From Eledone cirrhosa (lineage: Eukaryota), in NCBI GenBank assembly GCA_964016885.1, contig OZ024741.1:60140001-60204000 (forward strand): DNA of 64,000 bases, in the 5' to 3' direction. Positions 31,842 through 52,410 of the stretch are shown in pieces. The position numbers were made by a program, and so were the translations under genes. Position 1 is the first letter of the stretch, and the number at the start of each line of letters is the position of its first letter. The notes below the pieces were generated by a model. That model had not been told where the DNA came from. It searched no databases and was given only the letters and a program-made list of their open reading frames with translations.

Positions 31842-33095
31842 TTAGCCATCGGGCTTTAACACTGGCTTAAAGTGTTTGAAAGTTGCAAAGTTCTTGTGCA
31901 TGCAGTTCGGGCAGTGTTCAGAGAGTGTGTTCAGTAGCGGGCCCTTGGCGAATAAAATTTCGTAGCTCTCTGAAATACAAAGGTCGCAGCCCTTGTGTCC
32001 TCCGTTGTAAGAGCGCGCTTTCTGGAGTATTTTCCATTTAAGCGTGAAGGGGGTGGAGTTCCTTTTGAGGTCCCAAACGTAGGAGGCGAGTGTTGTCTGA
32101 TTTGATTTATCCGGTCTTCTGAAGGAGTGGGTATGGGCATACCAACGGGTCTTAAAGTTGTTGGAGGTCATGCCGATGTAAGTTTTTTTGCAATCCTCGG
32201 TGCCTGAGATGACATCGCATTTGTATACGATGTCATTTGTGAGGCATTTGTTTTCAAGTGGGCATGCTTCCTTATTTAGGCAATTACATAGAGCCCCAGT
32301 CCGGGGATTGGTTTCGGAGGTGGTTGGCTTATTTAATTTAGAATTGTGGTTGGCTATATTCCTAGCTAGGTTAGGTGTGGTGGAGTAAGACAGTCTTATA
32401 GTGTTCTTATTAAAGATGGTGTAGTACCTATGTTGTATGGGGAAGTGTAATTTCAGTAAAGTGAAGAAAATCCTAGCTATCGGAGTAGATACCTCTCTAT
32501 TGAAGGGAGGGTTGTACCAGCTAATCTGCCTATGTCTATTCCTCCTCTGCAATCTTGCGGTGGTTTCTAGGTAAATTATCTTATCTTTAAATCCGCTACG
32601 GGCGAGGGCGTCATTGTAGTAGGAGGCAGATGCATTAAAAATATCTTTGTTGGCGGAGAGGCCAGATATTCTAATAGAGACGCTTTTTACTAGGTTATCA
32701 GTGATGTTTTGGGGGTGGTTTGAATTAACATTAATATATTTAAGGGACTCGTTAGGTTTGTGGTACGGGTAATAGAGGGAAGTATCTAGGTCGAGAGTGA
32801 CATCTAAGAAGTTGGCCCTAGTCAAATTAGAATCTATAGTTATACTAAATCCTAGATTAGAGAAGAAAGAGCTTAAGTTTTTCCGAAACCCATCGGTGGT
32901 TCTGGGGTTAACCTTATGCAGGGCGAAGAGGCCGTCGTTTCGGTATAAACCTCCCGTTAGGCCGGTAAAGAGGTTCTTCAGGTTATGTAGGATGTACAGG
33001 CCCACAAGGTCGCTAATTTCAGCCGAGTCACTCACCCCCATGCTAACGTCAAATGGGGTCTGAGATTTCTTGTTGATCCAGTAAGATCCATCGTG
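31842..33095 (-). pseudogene. PLE reverse transcriptase C-terminal half + Cys-rich linker + GIY-YIG endonuclease
   Basis: FDVSMG..DSAEISDLVG, GLYRNDG (catalytic DD reads ND), FLDVTL, SNHP, WYNPPF, CNC..CPL..KC, IVYKC..YIGMT..FKTRW..H and CDLCISE. The first 36 or so aa of the listed ORF (to 33203) come from the inverted pseudo-LTR. Confidence 0.92.
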
Positions 33096-33464
33096 GTATC
33101 TGTCTGCAGAATTCTCTAGACCTTTGTCACTTAGTAGAACCTTAATGATTTTAGCTTTTAAAGAATCTCCCTTTTCTTTAATTCTATCGACCATGACTGA
33201 CACCCCACTGATTTTATAGACATCTGTTAGCTTAAGAGAAACTTAATGACAAGGATTGGTATGCCATACGGAACCTGTTTATAGAATTCTGTCTGCCCTT
33301 GTTACTCTAAAATCATAAATAAATAAAAATAAACTATAGCTTTGTAGAATTAGTTTTTAATGAATTCCCTTTTCTATCAACCAATGACCTGCACCCATCC
33401 CACTCCCCACCCTCTCCTACCACTTGTAGAGACCTATAAATACCATTTCTATTTTTTGATACCC

Positions 33465-33515
33465 AGATTCCTGATGATTTCTAATGAATGAAACAGTTCT
33501 AGTCCTGTAGAATCT
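33465..33515 (+). ncRNA. Type I hammerhead ribozyme motif
   Basis: agattc CTGATGA tttc-taat-gaat GAAA cag-ttctagtc-ctg TA gaatct. Perfect 6-bp stem I, with predicted cleavage after GUA (33509). Confidence 0.82.
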
Positions 33516-33607
33516 CATCTATATTAAAACCGTTATACTCTGCTATGTATTGAGAACCTTACTTACTGTGGTTACCTCCGATTCAACCCGGAATAACGTA
33601 TATATAC

Positions 33608-33638
<31 letters not shown>

Positions 33639-33643
33639 GATAC

Positions 33644-33752
<109 letters not shown>

Positions 33753-33797
33753 CAAATATATATATATATACTTTTATATATATACATATATATATAT

Positions 33798-38228
<4,431 letters not shown>

Positions 38229-38271
38229 TATAATAAATAAATAACAAAGAACGCTTATAGCATATGCATAT

Positions 38272-38329
38272 CTTTACTTGCTAACATTGTTTCATCCGCA
38301 CTATAAGTGGGACTCATCAGAGCATAAAG
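38272..38329 (-). ncRNA. Minimal type I hammerhead ribozyme motif
   Basis: Minus strand: ctttatgct CTGATGA gtcccac-ttata-gtgcggat GAAA caatg TT agcaagtaaag. Stem I is tgct/agca plus cttta/taaag, and stem III is near-palindromic AACAATGTT. Confidence 0.78.
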
Positions 38330-38899
38330 GTTAATTACATACCATACAAGCAATAACAAATCCAAGACATTGAAGAATGAAAGGTAATAATAGACGATAG
38401 AGGATAAGAATAAAAATAAAAATAAAAATAAAAGTAAAAATAAAAATAAAAATAAAAATAAGGGGTGCTATCAGTCACAGTTGGGCGGTGTGCTGTCAAC
38501 ATATAGTTACATACAAGCATACACATAGATAAGAGAACAGACAAGAGTAGACACATGGATAAGAGAACAGACAAGAGTAGATAAGATAATGGGATTAGGT
38601 AAGAGTAGGTAAAATATAGGTAAAAAATAGGTGAAAAACAGACTTATAATATATATAAAAAGAAATACAAAGAAATACATAACAAACTTACATATAAAAT
38701 ATAAAATATAGGGTAAGGAATGAGATAAAATAATATAAAATTAAAAATTAAAAATTATATACATAGAACATAATATAGTATAATCGTAAAATAAGATAAA
38801 ATAAGGTAAACTAAAATCAAATAACCTAGACTAAATTAAAATAATATAATATAAGATATAATTAAAATTAAATGTATAATTAAATGTAATTAAATGTAA

Positions 38900-38931
<32 letters not shown>

Positions 38932-39685
38932 AAATTAAATAAATAAATAAAATTAAAATTTAAATTTTAAAATTTTAAAATTAAAATCTAAATTTAAATA
39001 TAAACACTCGAATCGGTCAATGGCACGTGCAGACATGAATATCTCCGTAGGATTTCAACTTTATTTTAATACATTTCATCGTATGTATTTGTTTTGAATA
39101 TATTACCTGTGGTGGTGGGTCTGGTCTAATGTGGTATTTCGGTGTTTAATATCGTATTTAATATCGTATTTAATATCGGCTTTGACCCGGGTGTCCTACG
39201 CTGTGTGTGTGTGCGTGTGTGTCCGTGTATACATTTATATGTGTATGGGTGTAGGTGGTTATATGTGTCTGTGTGTATATATAAAAAAATATATATATAT
39301 ATATATATATATGTATACCGTCTCTGCATATGCATGTGGTATGTATACGTGCATATACGTGCTGAACATATTGATGTGTACAATCTTGTGATGTCCCAAT
39401 GCGGTGACTTAATGGCTCTTGAAGCTATTTTTTTATATATCTTCTGTCTTTTTATATATATTTTGTATGCGCTACAACTGTGTCTGCTTGCTTTAACCTC
39501 ACCTCGCTTGCTAATGCATGTGAATTCTTCTACCTCCTTTGATGCACCTCTCTCTGACCATTTGACTCCTGCCCGTGTGTGAACCGGTTTGTGATTACCC
39601 ACCGCTCAACTGTGTGAATGCACACCCATGACTTTCGAGTGAACTTTCGAGACTGCCCAACCTGGGACGCCTCCATTGCCTTGCA

Positions 39686-39845
39686 ATGGTCAAGTGATAC
39701 TGGTGACTGTGACACTTAGTGCCTTCGTGGGCCCCTGATGTTTTCAAGAAATATATTTTAAAAAATTGGTCAAGTGATACACATAACTGTGACATTTAGT
39801 GCCTTCGTGGCCCCTGATATATTCAAGAGATATATTCTAAAAAAA
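39686..39845. repeat. Tandem duplication of an approximately 80-bp unit
   Basis: tggtcaagtgatac..ctgtgaca.ttagtgccttcgtg(g)gcccctgat..ttcaaga.atatatt.taaaaaa occurs twice. Confidence 0.85.
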
Positions 39846-39934
39846 TATATATCTTATCTCAATTTACTTTATTTCATTTTATTTTATTTCATTTCATGTT
39901 ATCTAATTTTATTTATTTACTTACTTGACTCCAT

Positions 39935-39965
<31 letters not shown>

Positions 39966-40033
39966 TATTTAAATTTAGATTTTAATTTAAAATTTTAAAA
40001 TTTTAATTTTAATTTTATTTATTTATTTAATTT

Positions 40034-40077
<44 letters not shown>

Positions 40078-40624
40078 TTACATTTAATTACATTTAATTA
40101 TACATTTAATTTTAATTATATCTTATATTAATTATTTTAATTTAGTCTAGGTTATTTGATTTTAGTTTACCTTATTTTATCTTATTTTACGATTATACTA
40201 TATTATGTTCTATGTATATAATTTTTAATTTTTAATTTTATATTATTTTATTATCATTCCTTACCCTATATTTTATATTTTATATGTAAGTTTGTTATGT
40301 ATTTCTTTGTATTTCTTTTTATATATTATAAGTCTGTTTTTCACCTATTTTTTACCTATTTTTACCTACTCTTACCTAATCCCATTATCTTATCTACTCT
40401 TGTCTGTTCTCTTATCCATGTGTCTACTCTTGTCTGTTCTCTTATCCATGTGTATGCTTGTATGTAACTATATGTTGACAGCACACCGCCCAACTGTGAC
40501 TGATAACACCCTTATTTTATTTTTATTTTTATTTTTACTTTTATTCTTATCCTCTATCGTCTATTATTACCTTTCATTCTTCAATGTCTTGGATTTGTTA
40601 TTGCTTGTATGGTATGTAATTAAC

Positions 40625-40681
40625 CTTTATGCTCTGATGAGTCCCACTTATAGTGCGATGAAACAATGTTAGCAAGTAAAG
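40625..40681 (+). ncRNA. Minimal type I hammerhead ribozyme motif
   Basis: ctttatgct CTGATGA gtcccacttatagtgcgat GAAA caatg TT agcaagtaaag. Stem II is 1 nt shorter than in the left arm. Confidence 0.75.
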
Positions 40682-40937
40682 ATATGCATATGCTATAAGC
40701 GTTCTTTGTTATTTATTTATTATATACGGTTCTGTCCTCAGACTTGAGCTACCTCATACTGCCTGCTGGATAAGTGGAGTGTTATCACCCCTGATCCTTT
40801 CCCTAGCATACTATATACATATATATATATATATACTATATACATATACATATATATATATACATATATATATATACATATATATATATACATATATATT
40901 ACATATATATATAATATACATATATATATATACATAT

Positions 40938-41008
<71 letters not shown>

Positions 41009-41098
41009 CATATATATATATACATATATATATATATACATATATATATATCATATATACATATATACATATATATATATACATATATACATATATAC

Positions 41099-41151
<53 letters not shown>

Positions 41152-41294
41152 ATATATAATATATACATATATATATATACATATATATATATACATATAT
41201 ATATATATACATATTTATATATACATATATATATACATATATATATATACATATATATATATACATATATATATATATACATATATATATATAC

Positions 41295-41341
<47 letters not shown>

Positions 41342-41426
41342 CATATATATAATACATATATATATATATACATATATAATATACATATATATATATATAT
41401 ATATACATATATATAATATACATATA

Positions 41427-41574
<148 letters not shown>

Positions 41575-41585
41575 CATATATATAT

Positions 41586-41675
<90 letters not shown>

Positions 41676-41681
41676 TATATA

Positions 41682-41751
<70 letters not shown>

Positions 41752-41796
41752 TATATACATATATATATACATATATATATACATATATATATATAT

Positions 41797-42181
41797 GGTG
41801 GCTGCCAACTCGTTTTCGAGTACGGCCACTAATTTATATCCATGTAGGAGAACCCTACTGATGCGCTGAACGAGTGTGACTTTTAGTCCAAGCTCTGGTA
41901 CAAACACTACACTTGTGACAATTATTGACACATAGTGCTGGCCATGGTACCATGTGACGACAAATGCAGAGAGATCTCCAGATATAAAGCAATGCCTGTG
42001 CCGTGAAGCTTTTATAGTGAGCAAGGCACTGCACAAGCAGTCCCACTCTCTTAACCAAGATGAAATTTACCAAAAGAAGAACAAGTCAACATCATTGGAT
42101 ACCATCAGGGTTGCAGGTGTTATATCAGAGTTTTCCTTCTCCTAGAATTCTGCTTGACAAGGCTAAGGGTCATCTCTCCCG
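41797..42181 (-). mobile_element. Family C retroposon, 5'-truncated copy
   Basis: Highly similar to 29339-29745, with the same terminus ggtggctgccaactcgttttcgagtacggccac. Inserted in (TA)n. Confidence 0.85.
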
Positions 42182-42597
42182 ATATATATATATACATATA
42201 TATATACATATATACATATATATAATATACATACATACATATATATATATATACATATATACATATATATATATACATATACATATATACATATATATAT
42301 ATACATATATACATATATATATATACATATATACATATATATATATACATATATACATATATATATATACATATATACATATATATATATACATATAATA
42401 TATACATATATATATACATATATACATATACATATATACATATACATATATACATATATATATATACATATATACATATTTATATATACATATATACATA
42501 TATATATATACATGTATACATATTTATATATACATATATACATATATATATATACATGTATACATATTTATATATACATATATATATATATACATGT

Positions 42598-42635
<38 letters not shown>

Positions 42636-42732
42636 CATATATATATATATACATATATATATATAAAATATATACATAAATATATATATATATATATATA
42701 CATACATATATATATATATATATATCATATAC

Positions 42733-42843
<111 letters not shown>

Positions 42844-42845
42844 AC

Positions 42846-42878
<33 letters not shown>

Positions 42879-42905
42879 TATTATATATACATATATATAT
42901 ATATA

Positions 42906-42943
<38 letters not shown>

Positions 42944-42985
42944 ATACATATATATACATATATATATATATATACATATATATAC

Positions 42986-43016
<31 letters not shown>

Positions 43017-43264
43017 CATATATATATATGTAAGTATGCATGTATACGTACATACATATATGTACACAGACGTACAGTAGCATGCACATATATATATATA
43101 TATATACATATATATACATATGCATACAGGTACACATGCATATATGCACGTATCAGTTTAGCGGCGCTAACGTCGCTTTGTTCGTTTGTAAACAAACTGA
43201 ACAGCCTGAATTTATGCATACGGTTAAGCAACCACGTCACCTTTTTGTTCAACACTGACACAGG

Positions 43265-43308
43265 AACGATGTACTAGTTTCAGCTTGTTAGCTATCATCA
43301 GCACCGTT
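43265..43308 (-). ncRNA. Minimal type I hammerhead ribozyme motif in an orphan insert
   Basis: Minus strand: aacggtg CTGATGA tagct-aaca-agct GAAA ctag TA catcgtt. 7-bp stem I (one G-U) and stem III palindrome ACTAGT. Confidence 0.8.
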
Positions 43309-43507
43309 TACCCATCTGCCAGATAGTTGAACGTTCGAAGTATATACTTTCCTTATGAAAATTAACGCTGAGCAGCCTAATTTGCATATGAGTGAGTTAA
43401 TCGGTCAGCATACCGAAAACGATAATTGAAACAAATGAAACGAAATTTCATTTCTCACTCTTAGTATGGCACTTACTTAAATGTAAGTATGCTTAAATGT
43501 ATATATG

Positions 43508-43593
<86 letters not shown>

Positions 43594-43612
43594 CATATAT
43601 ATATATAAATAC

Positions 43613-43643
<31 letters not shown>

Positions 43644-43768
43644 CATATATATATACATATATATATATATACATATATATATACATATATATATACATAT
43701 ATATATACATATATATATACATATATATATACATATATATATACATATATATATACATATATATATAC

Positions 43769-43919
<151 letters not shown>

Positions 43920-43930
43920 TATTATATATG

Positions 43931-43967
<37 letters not shown>

Positions 43968-43968
43968 G

Positions 43969-44049
<81 letters not shown>

Positions 44050-44050
44050 G

Positions 44051-44118
<68 letters not shown>

Positions 44119-44125
44119 TATATAC

Positions 44126-44174
<49 letters not shown>

Positions 44175-44183
44175 CATATATAT

Positions 44184-44338
<155 letters not shown>

Positions 44339-44377
44339 CATATATATACATATATATATATACATATATATATACAT

Positions 44378-44466
<89 letters not shown>

Positions 44467-44516
44467 CATATATATTTATACATATATATATATATATATA
44501 CATATATATTTATACA

Positions 44517-44654
<138 letters not shown>

Positions 44655-44773
44655 GATACATATATATATATAGATACATATATATATATATATAGATACA
44701 TATATATATATAGATACATATATATATATAGATACATATATATATATAGATACATATATATATATATACATAC

Positions 44774-44846
<73 letters not shown>

Positions 44847-44847
44847 C

Positions 44848-44932
<85 letters not shown>

Positions 44933-45004
44933 CATACATATATATACATATATATATATATACATATATATATATACATATATATATATATACTATATAT
45001 ATAC

Positions 45005-45037
<33 letters not shown>

Positions 45038-45090
45038 CATATATAAATATACATATATATACATATATATATATACATATATATATATAC

Positions 45091-45127
<37 letters not shown>

Positions 45128-45128
45128 C

Positions 45129-45258
<130 letters not shown>

Positions 45259-45298
45259 ATATATACATATATACATATATAAATATATATATATATTC

Positions 45299-45329
<31 letters not shown>

Positions 45330-45383
45330 CACATATATAAATATCATATATATTCATATATATATATATATATATATACATAT

Positions 45384-45427
<44 letters not shown>

Positions 45428-45635
45428 AATTGTGTATGGTTGACGGTATATTTAGTCGATTTCTACATGCTGTTGAAATGTTGGGTAAATATTCTATTGC
45501 GGTCGGCCGCCGAAGAGGCTGCTGTCGTTTATTTATCAAATATTTCTTCATAGGAGCCTTTATTCTTATAGCCTGGTGTAATGATTTTTTAGGAAATGGC
45601 GTATATATTTTATCAAATGATTCTATGGACATACG

Positions 45636-46356
<721 letters not shown>

Positions 46357-47378
46357 AAATGTGTGTAATCCTTGGTACAGTTAGGTATATTAAGACAGGG
46401 GGAAGAAAAAATGGCTTCACTTGTGCTTTCAACAAATTTATTTTCTTCACAAAATCCAAAAAGAATTTTTTTCCGAATTAGAAAAAGTGTTCTTAAAAAA
46501 ATGTTTTTTCAAAATTAAGTTGTTGGTTGTTGGTTAGGTCTTAGGAGTTCTTGGTTAACGTAGAAGGTATTGTTTCGTTTTTAGAAAGACCTTTCACGCT
46601 GAGGTGCGCTTGTCAAACTGATGTGTATGTGGTGTGTTGTTCTTATATATAGGGATTTAATATGTCTGTGGTGTGGTGGGGTTTTTTTTCTCCCCCTTTA
46701 ATAAGTGTAGTGGTGTAGGTGTGTTGAAAAAATGTTAATAGCAGTAATGAGGTGAGACAGTGAGTAGGGTTGGGTGGTGAGAAATGTAGCAAGTGCGGCC
46801 TGCCCCGGTCATTCTCGAAAAATTCCTTTATTCAGGGGAAAAAGCTTTTAGTATTCCTTTCTATCGAAGATGGTCATAGGCAAACCGCACCTGCCAAGCT
46901 TGTAAACAATTATTTTTTTCTGAAGAATTTTTCTACGTCCATCCCAAAATTAGTCCTTTGTTCAACACACACATATGTGCGTATATACGTACATACACAC
47001 ACGGACATATGTAGGAATATATAGGCACCCACCACCAATCACACACCCATGTACATATACATCCACATACATACATAAAAACATATAAAGACACATATAA
47101 AAATACATATACACATACGTACACACATGAATATGTACTCATACCTCCACATAGGTGTATATATATATACATACATACATATACATACATATACACACAT
47201 AAAGATACATAACTAAATATACATATATACACATACACGCACACATACACACACACACACACGTGCGCGCGCACACACACACACACATATACATGTGTCC
47301 GTATATATACATCCGTTCACACATCCATGCATACACACACACACATACACACATATATGTATATATATATAGAGGCAT

Positions 47379-47443
<65 letters not shown>

Positions 47444-47585
47444 AACACATACAGACACATACACACATATACATACATATACACATATATATATATATAT
47501 ATACACATACATATATATATATATATACATACACATACAAACACATACATACACACATACATATATACACATACATATACATACA

Positions 47586-47619
<34 letters not shown>

Positions 47620-47834
47620 CATCTACATACATACATACATATACACATACACATACAGAAACATACATATATGTACACACATATATATGCACATACATAC
47701 ATACACACACATATATAGATACATACATATACACACACACACATATAAACATATATCTATATATATATATATATATATACATATATATATACAAATATAC
47801 ACATACATACATATACATATATATACACACACAT

Positions 47835-47877
<43 letters not shown>

Positions 47878-48063
47878 TACAAACATACACACATCCATAC
47901 ATATATATACACACACATACATATATATACACACATACACACACCCACATATATATATACTCACACGTACATACATCCATACATACCTACACATATATAT
48001 GTGTGTGTCTCACCGTTCACTCAGATATTCATGTGTACACATAAGAAGGGGGGGGGTGTTAAT

Positions 48064-50310
48064 TCATTTTTTCGTGTTCAGTAGTGGTTTAAATTTTTCA
48101 ATGAAGAATTCTTCTTTATATCTGCGGAAATGTTCGTTATCCGACCATAACTTGAAGAAAGGGAAGATTGTGAATTTTCCCTTCCCGCATGATGCAAAGT
48201 GTGCGCTACATGTGGTATTTCTGACTGTGTGGTCTTTAATTTGTTGTTTATGTACCCGGACTCTATCATGTAGTCCCGTTCCGGTTTCCCCAATGTAATA
48301 CTCTTTACACTGTGGACATGTTGCGCAATATATTAGGTTTTTCGTTTTGCAGTTCATGTTTGCATTGACCTTGAAATTATCATGGTTTTTGAAGGACAAT
48401 TGTTTGCCCTCTTCGATGAGTTCACAGGTTCCACATCTAGGGTCCCTGCATTTCATCACTTGCATTGATTCCATGTTGGTCGTAAATTTTGCCTTGGTAA
48501 TTAGTTTTTTAAGGTTGGGTGCTTGGCGTCTGCTATAAATTATCTGTGTGTTTTTTAAGAGTGCATTCATTTTGGTAGATTGTTGTAGAATCGGTAGATA
48601 CTGCTTAGCAGTTTTCACAATGTTGATGTTCCCTGGGTTGTGAGTGATGACAAAAGAGATAGCAGGGTTTTCTTTTTTATGTTGTGGGCTTGGTTTTCTC
48701 AGTGTTGTTATTGGGATGTTCTTAGCCTTGGAGATGGCTGCGTTGATGAGTTTCATCGGGTATTCTTGTTTTTTAAGGAATTTTTTCAGGTCACATAATC
48801 TTTTTTCTTGTAGTGCGGGGTGTGTTGCTATAGTGCAGATGCGCCTTGCCATGTTGAAGGGAATGTTCCTTTTCGTATGTGAGGGGTGTGCTGACCGGAA
48901 ATTTAAGTATTGGTGTGTGTCAGTGGGTTTGCAAAATAGGTCCGTATTGATATTTTCCCCTTCTTTAATGATGAGGATATCTAGAAAGGGCAGTTCCTTT
49001 TCGTTACATTCCATAGTGAATTGTATAGCTTCATGAAGCCTGTTTAAGATCGAATAACATTTTTGTAGGTCTGTTTGGCTTCTGTTCCAGAAGATGAAGC
49101 AGTCATCTAGGTAACGTTTTCAGTTTTTATTAATGTAGAAGGCGAAGTCGTGACTGAATGTTATCTCTAGTTGGGAATATAATTTTTCCTCTAAGTGACC
49201 CATAACGAGCGTTGCATATGTAGGGGCCACTTTGGTACCCATGGCTGTTCCTTTTATTTGTAGATAATGTTCGTTGTCAAAGAGGAAGTGGTTGTTTTCC
49301 AATACTAATTTAAGTCCTTCCAAGATGAATTCTTTGGGGAATCTTTCTGAAATGTGACTTGAGTGTTTTGTAATCCAGAAGTCCACAGCTTCAATCCCTA
49401 GGTCGTGTGGGATGTTAGTGTACAGGCTTATTACATCAAAACTGACTAGGATTGTATCCTGGTGTACTTTTTGGTGGACATAGTTAAGGAATTCCATATC
49501 ATCTCTGATGTAGCTTGGAACTTTTTTTACATAGGGGTTTGAGTATGATGTCTAATAGGTTGCTTAGACGTTGTGTGCTTGAGGCTGGGCCAGCAATAGT
49601 GGGGCGTAATTTTAAGTCTGTCGGTTTTGGCGCTTCGATGTATGATGTATTTTTCCCTTTTATGTTGTTTTGGATTTCTATGGATTTGCGAATTTTTGGT
49701 AATCCATAGAAATTGCTGGTTTTCATTTCGAAGTTGGTTAGGTAATCTACTTCTTTTGGTGTTAGGTTGTTTTGGTACTTTGTTGTTAGTTTGCCTATTT
49801 GGTTCCTCGATTTCCTTTCTTCGTTTCTAGTGATTTTCCTGTAGAAGTTTTCGTCATTCAAGTGTGCTAGAACCATATCTTTGTAGAGGTTTATGTCCAT
49901 GATGACGATTGCTCCACCTTTGTCCGCTTCTTTTATTATTATTGAGGAATCCCTTTGTAGCTTGTTCAATGCTAGTAGTTGGTCTGTAGGGATGTTGCGT
50001 TTGTGTTTTGTCTCGGCCGTATTTGTACGTGCTGATCGGCGAAGGCAGGTTATGTACTCCTCCAGGTATTTATCTCTATTTAGCGGGGGTGTGAAGTTCT
50101 TTTTGTTTTTCACCAGAGATTCTTCCTCGTATTGTACACCCTGGAAGAATTCTCCTAAGCGTAATTTTCGACAGTATTCTTCTGTGTCTTTTATAACATC
50201 GGCTGTATCTGCTTTCGGAGTGGGAGTGAACTTCAGTCCATTTTCTAACAGTTGTATTTCTGGTTGTGTTAATTTCTTGGCTGATATATTGATTATTTTT
50301 GGTTCGTTGG
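48064..50310 (-). pseudogene. PLE RT + Cys-rich linker + GIY-YIG endonuclease, with a few stops and frameshifts
   Basis: IINIS..LLENGLKFTPTP, IIIKEADKGGAIVIMD, FYGLPKI, LRPTIAG, SFDVISLYTNIP, GTAMGTKVAPTYA, *KRYLDDCFIF, LPFLDILI, KPTDTHQYL..SAHP, CRDPRCGTC and LIYCATC..YIGET..R..H. Confidence 0.93.
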
Positions 50311-51209
50311 TTCTTTCTCGTCAGGTGCCACTTGAAAGGTGGTGCTTTTTTCTTTTTTTCTTTCATTTGGTGCGAGGCCCCTAGTCCTAAAAAATGGGTG
50401 CCATTTGGGATAGGGATGTTTCTGTTGTGGTGAAACCTTTGGCCCGCCGGAACTTCATGCCCGTAACTGGTTGGGCGATAGACTCTTGCGTGGTCGTTGC
50501 TGTATGGGGGTCTTGTTCTTCTGTTGTTTCGTTCAGTATTCATGTGTCTTTGATTTTGTCTCCGGTAATTGTTCTTGGTGTTATGGCAGTGGTGGTATCT
50601 GGTTCTGGTGTTGAGTATTGGGTCTGTATGTAGTTGTGTGTTTGGGGTTACCCAATATGTGGTTGTTGTTGGTTTATTGTGTGTGGGTGCTTCATTTCTT
50701 GTGTTGTTGTATTTTCCTGAGTTCTGGGGTTTCCTATGGGTTTGTTTTCTGGGTTTTATTTGGTCTTTCCCATAGTTATCTTCATGTGTGATTGATGGTC
50801 GGTGCCTATATATTCTTACATATGCCCGTGTGTGTATGTACGTATATTCGAACATATGTGTGTGTTGAACAAAGGACTAATTTTGGGATGGACGTAGAAA
50901 AATTCTTCAGAAAAAAATAATTGTTTACAAGCTTGGCAGGTGCGGTTTGCCTATGACCATCTTCGATACAAAGGAATATTAAAAGCTTTTTCCCCTGAAT
51001 AAAGGAATTTTTCGAGAATGACCGGGGCAGGCCGCACTTGCTACATTTCTCACCACCCAACCCTACTCACTGTCTCAACTCATTACTGCTATTAACATTT
51101 TTTCAACACACCTACACCCCTACACTTACTAAAGGGGGAGAAAAAAAACCCCACCACACCACAGACATGTTAAATCCCTATATATAGAACAACACACCAC
51201 ATACACATC

Positions 51210-51246
51210 AGTTTGACAAGCGCACCTCAGCGTGAAAGGTCTTTCT
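51210..51246 (+). ncRNA. Candidate minimal hammerhead, U3-A8 variant (mirror copy at 46582-46619 on minus)
   Basis: agt TTGACAA gcgc-acctca-gcgt GAAA ggtc TT tct. Near-palindrome AAAGGTCTTT, with weak stem I. Confidence 0.45.
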
Positions 51247-51479
51247 AAAAACGAAACAATACCTCCTACGTTAACCAAGAACTCCTAAGACCTAACCAAC
51301 AACCAACAACTTAATTTATAAAAAAAAATTTTTTTAAGAAAATTTTTTCTCATCCGGAAAAAAATTCTTTTGGGATTTTGTGAAGAAAATAAATTTGTTG
51401 AAAGCACAAGTGAAGCCATTTTTTTCTTCCCCCCTGTCTTAATATACCTAACTGTACCAAGGATTACACACATTTTCCA

Positions 51480-51582
<103 letters not shown>

Positions 51583-52097
51583 GTCAAATAAATGGAGAAA
51601 GTGGGAGGAAGAGCAAGAAACAGATAGTCACAGATATAGAAAGAAATAGAATCAATGTGATATATTCAAAGTTCGTTTTCCACATGTTATTATCTACAGT
51701 CATGTAAAACCAATTATTAACTTCCAGATTGATGTATTTCTGTGTGTTTGGTTTCTAAGTAGTGTATCTACGTGGTTCATTACATGCATTAAAGATCATT
51801 AACCTTAATCATTCATTTATGATTTTGAGTTTCAGATATTCCCTCTTCAGTAAAGTCACATGTGTTAGTAATTGGGTCTTAATCAAATGTTACCTATCAT
51901 AGATAAGATTTCATTCTTAAACTTATTTCATCTGTAATGATGTACGTATACTGAAAAAGTGCTACTTATACAATCTACTAGAATCAAAAGAAAATTCAAT
52001 TAGTTCTTTCATCACCATATTTCTAACGGAAGATACTGATCATGATTTTCAAATAATTTTGAAAATAGCCTAGAATTTGGAAGGACTTATTAATAAT

Positions 52098-52192
52098 TGT
52101 TTCTCCTTTAGGCACAAGGCCAGCAATTACCCAGTACATTACTGGTACTTTATTTTATCGACCCCGTAAGGATGAAAGGCAAAGTCAACCTC
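52098..52192 (-). mobile_element. SINE family A, 5'-truncated, with a 15-bp TSD
   Basis: GGACTTATTAATAAT at 52083-52097 and 52193-52207. Confidence 0.88.
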
Positions 52193-52245
52193 GGACTTAT
52201 TAATAATGTAAGTATCTTTCTTATTATTAAGCTAGTGCAGCGACA

Positions 52246-52410
52246 GTGTCTTGGCACAATATTTAGAGCGTTGGACAATGCTTAGCAGTATTTGTTCCGG
52301 GTCTTTACGTTCTGAGCAGAAATCCTGCTGAGGATAGTTTTGCCTTTTATCCTTACTCGGTTGATAAAATAAAGTACCAGCAATACACTGGCCTATAGTA
52401 GAAATCAATT
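52246..52410 (+). mobile_element. SINE family A, older diverged copy
   Basis: ttctgagcagaaatcctgctgagg..gccttttatccttactcggttgataaaataaagtaccag. Confidence 0.7.

Noticed and set aside
50310-50855. 259-aa ORF 50076-50855 as an independent gene
   Set aside because: It starts inside the inverted pseudo-LTR and runs into the frameshifted N-terminal region of the PLE ORF.
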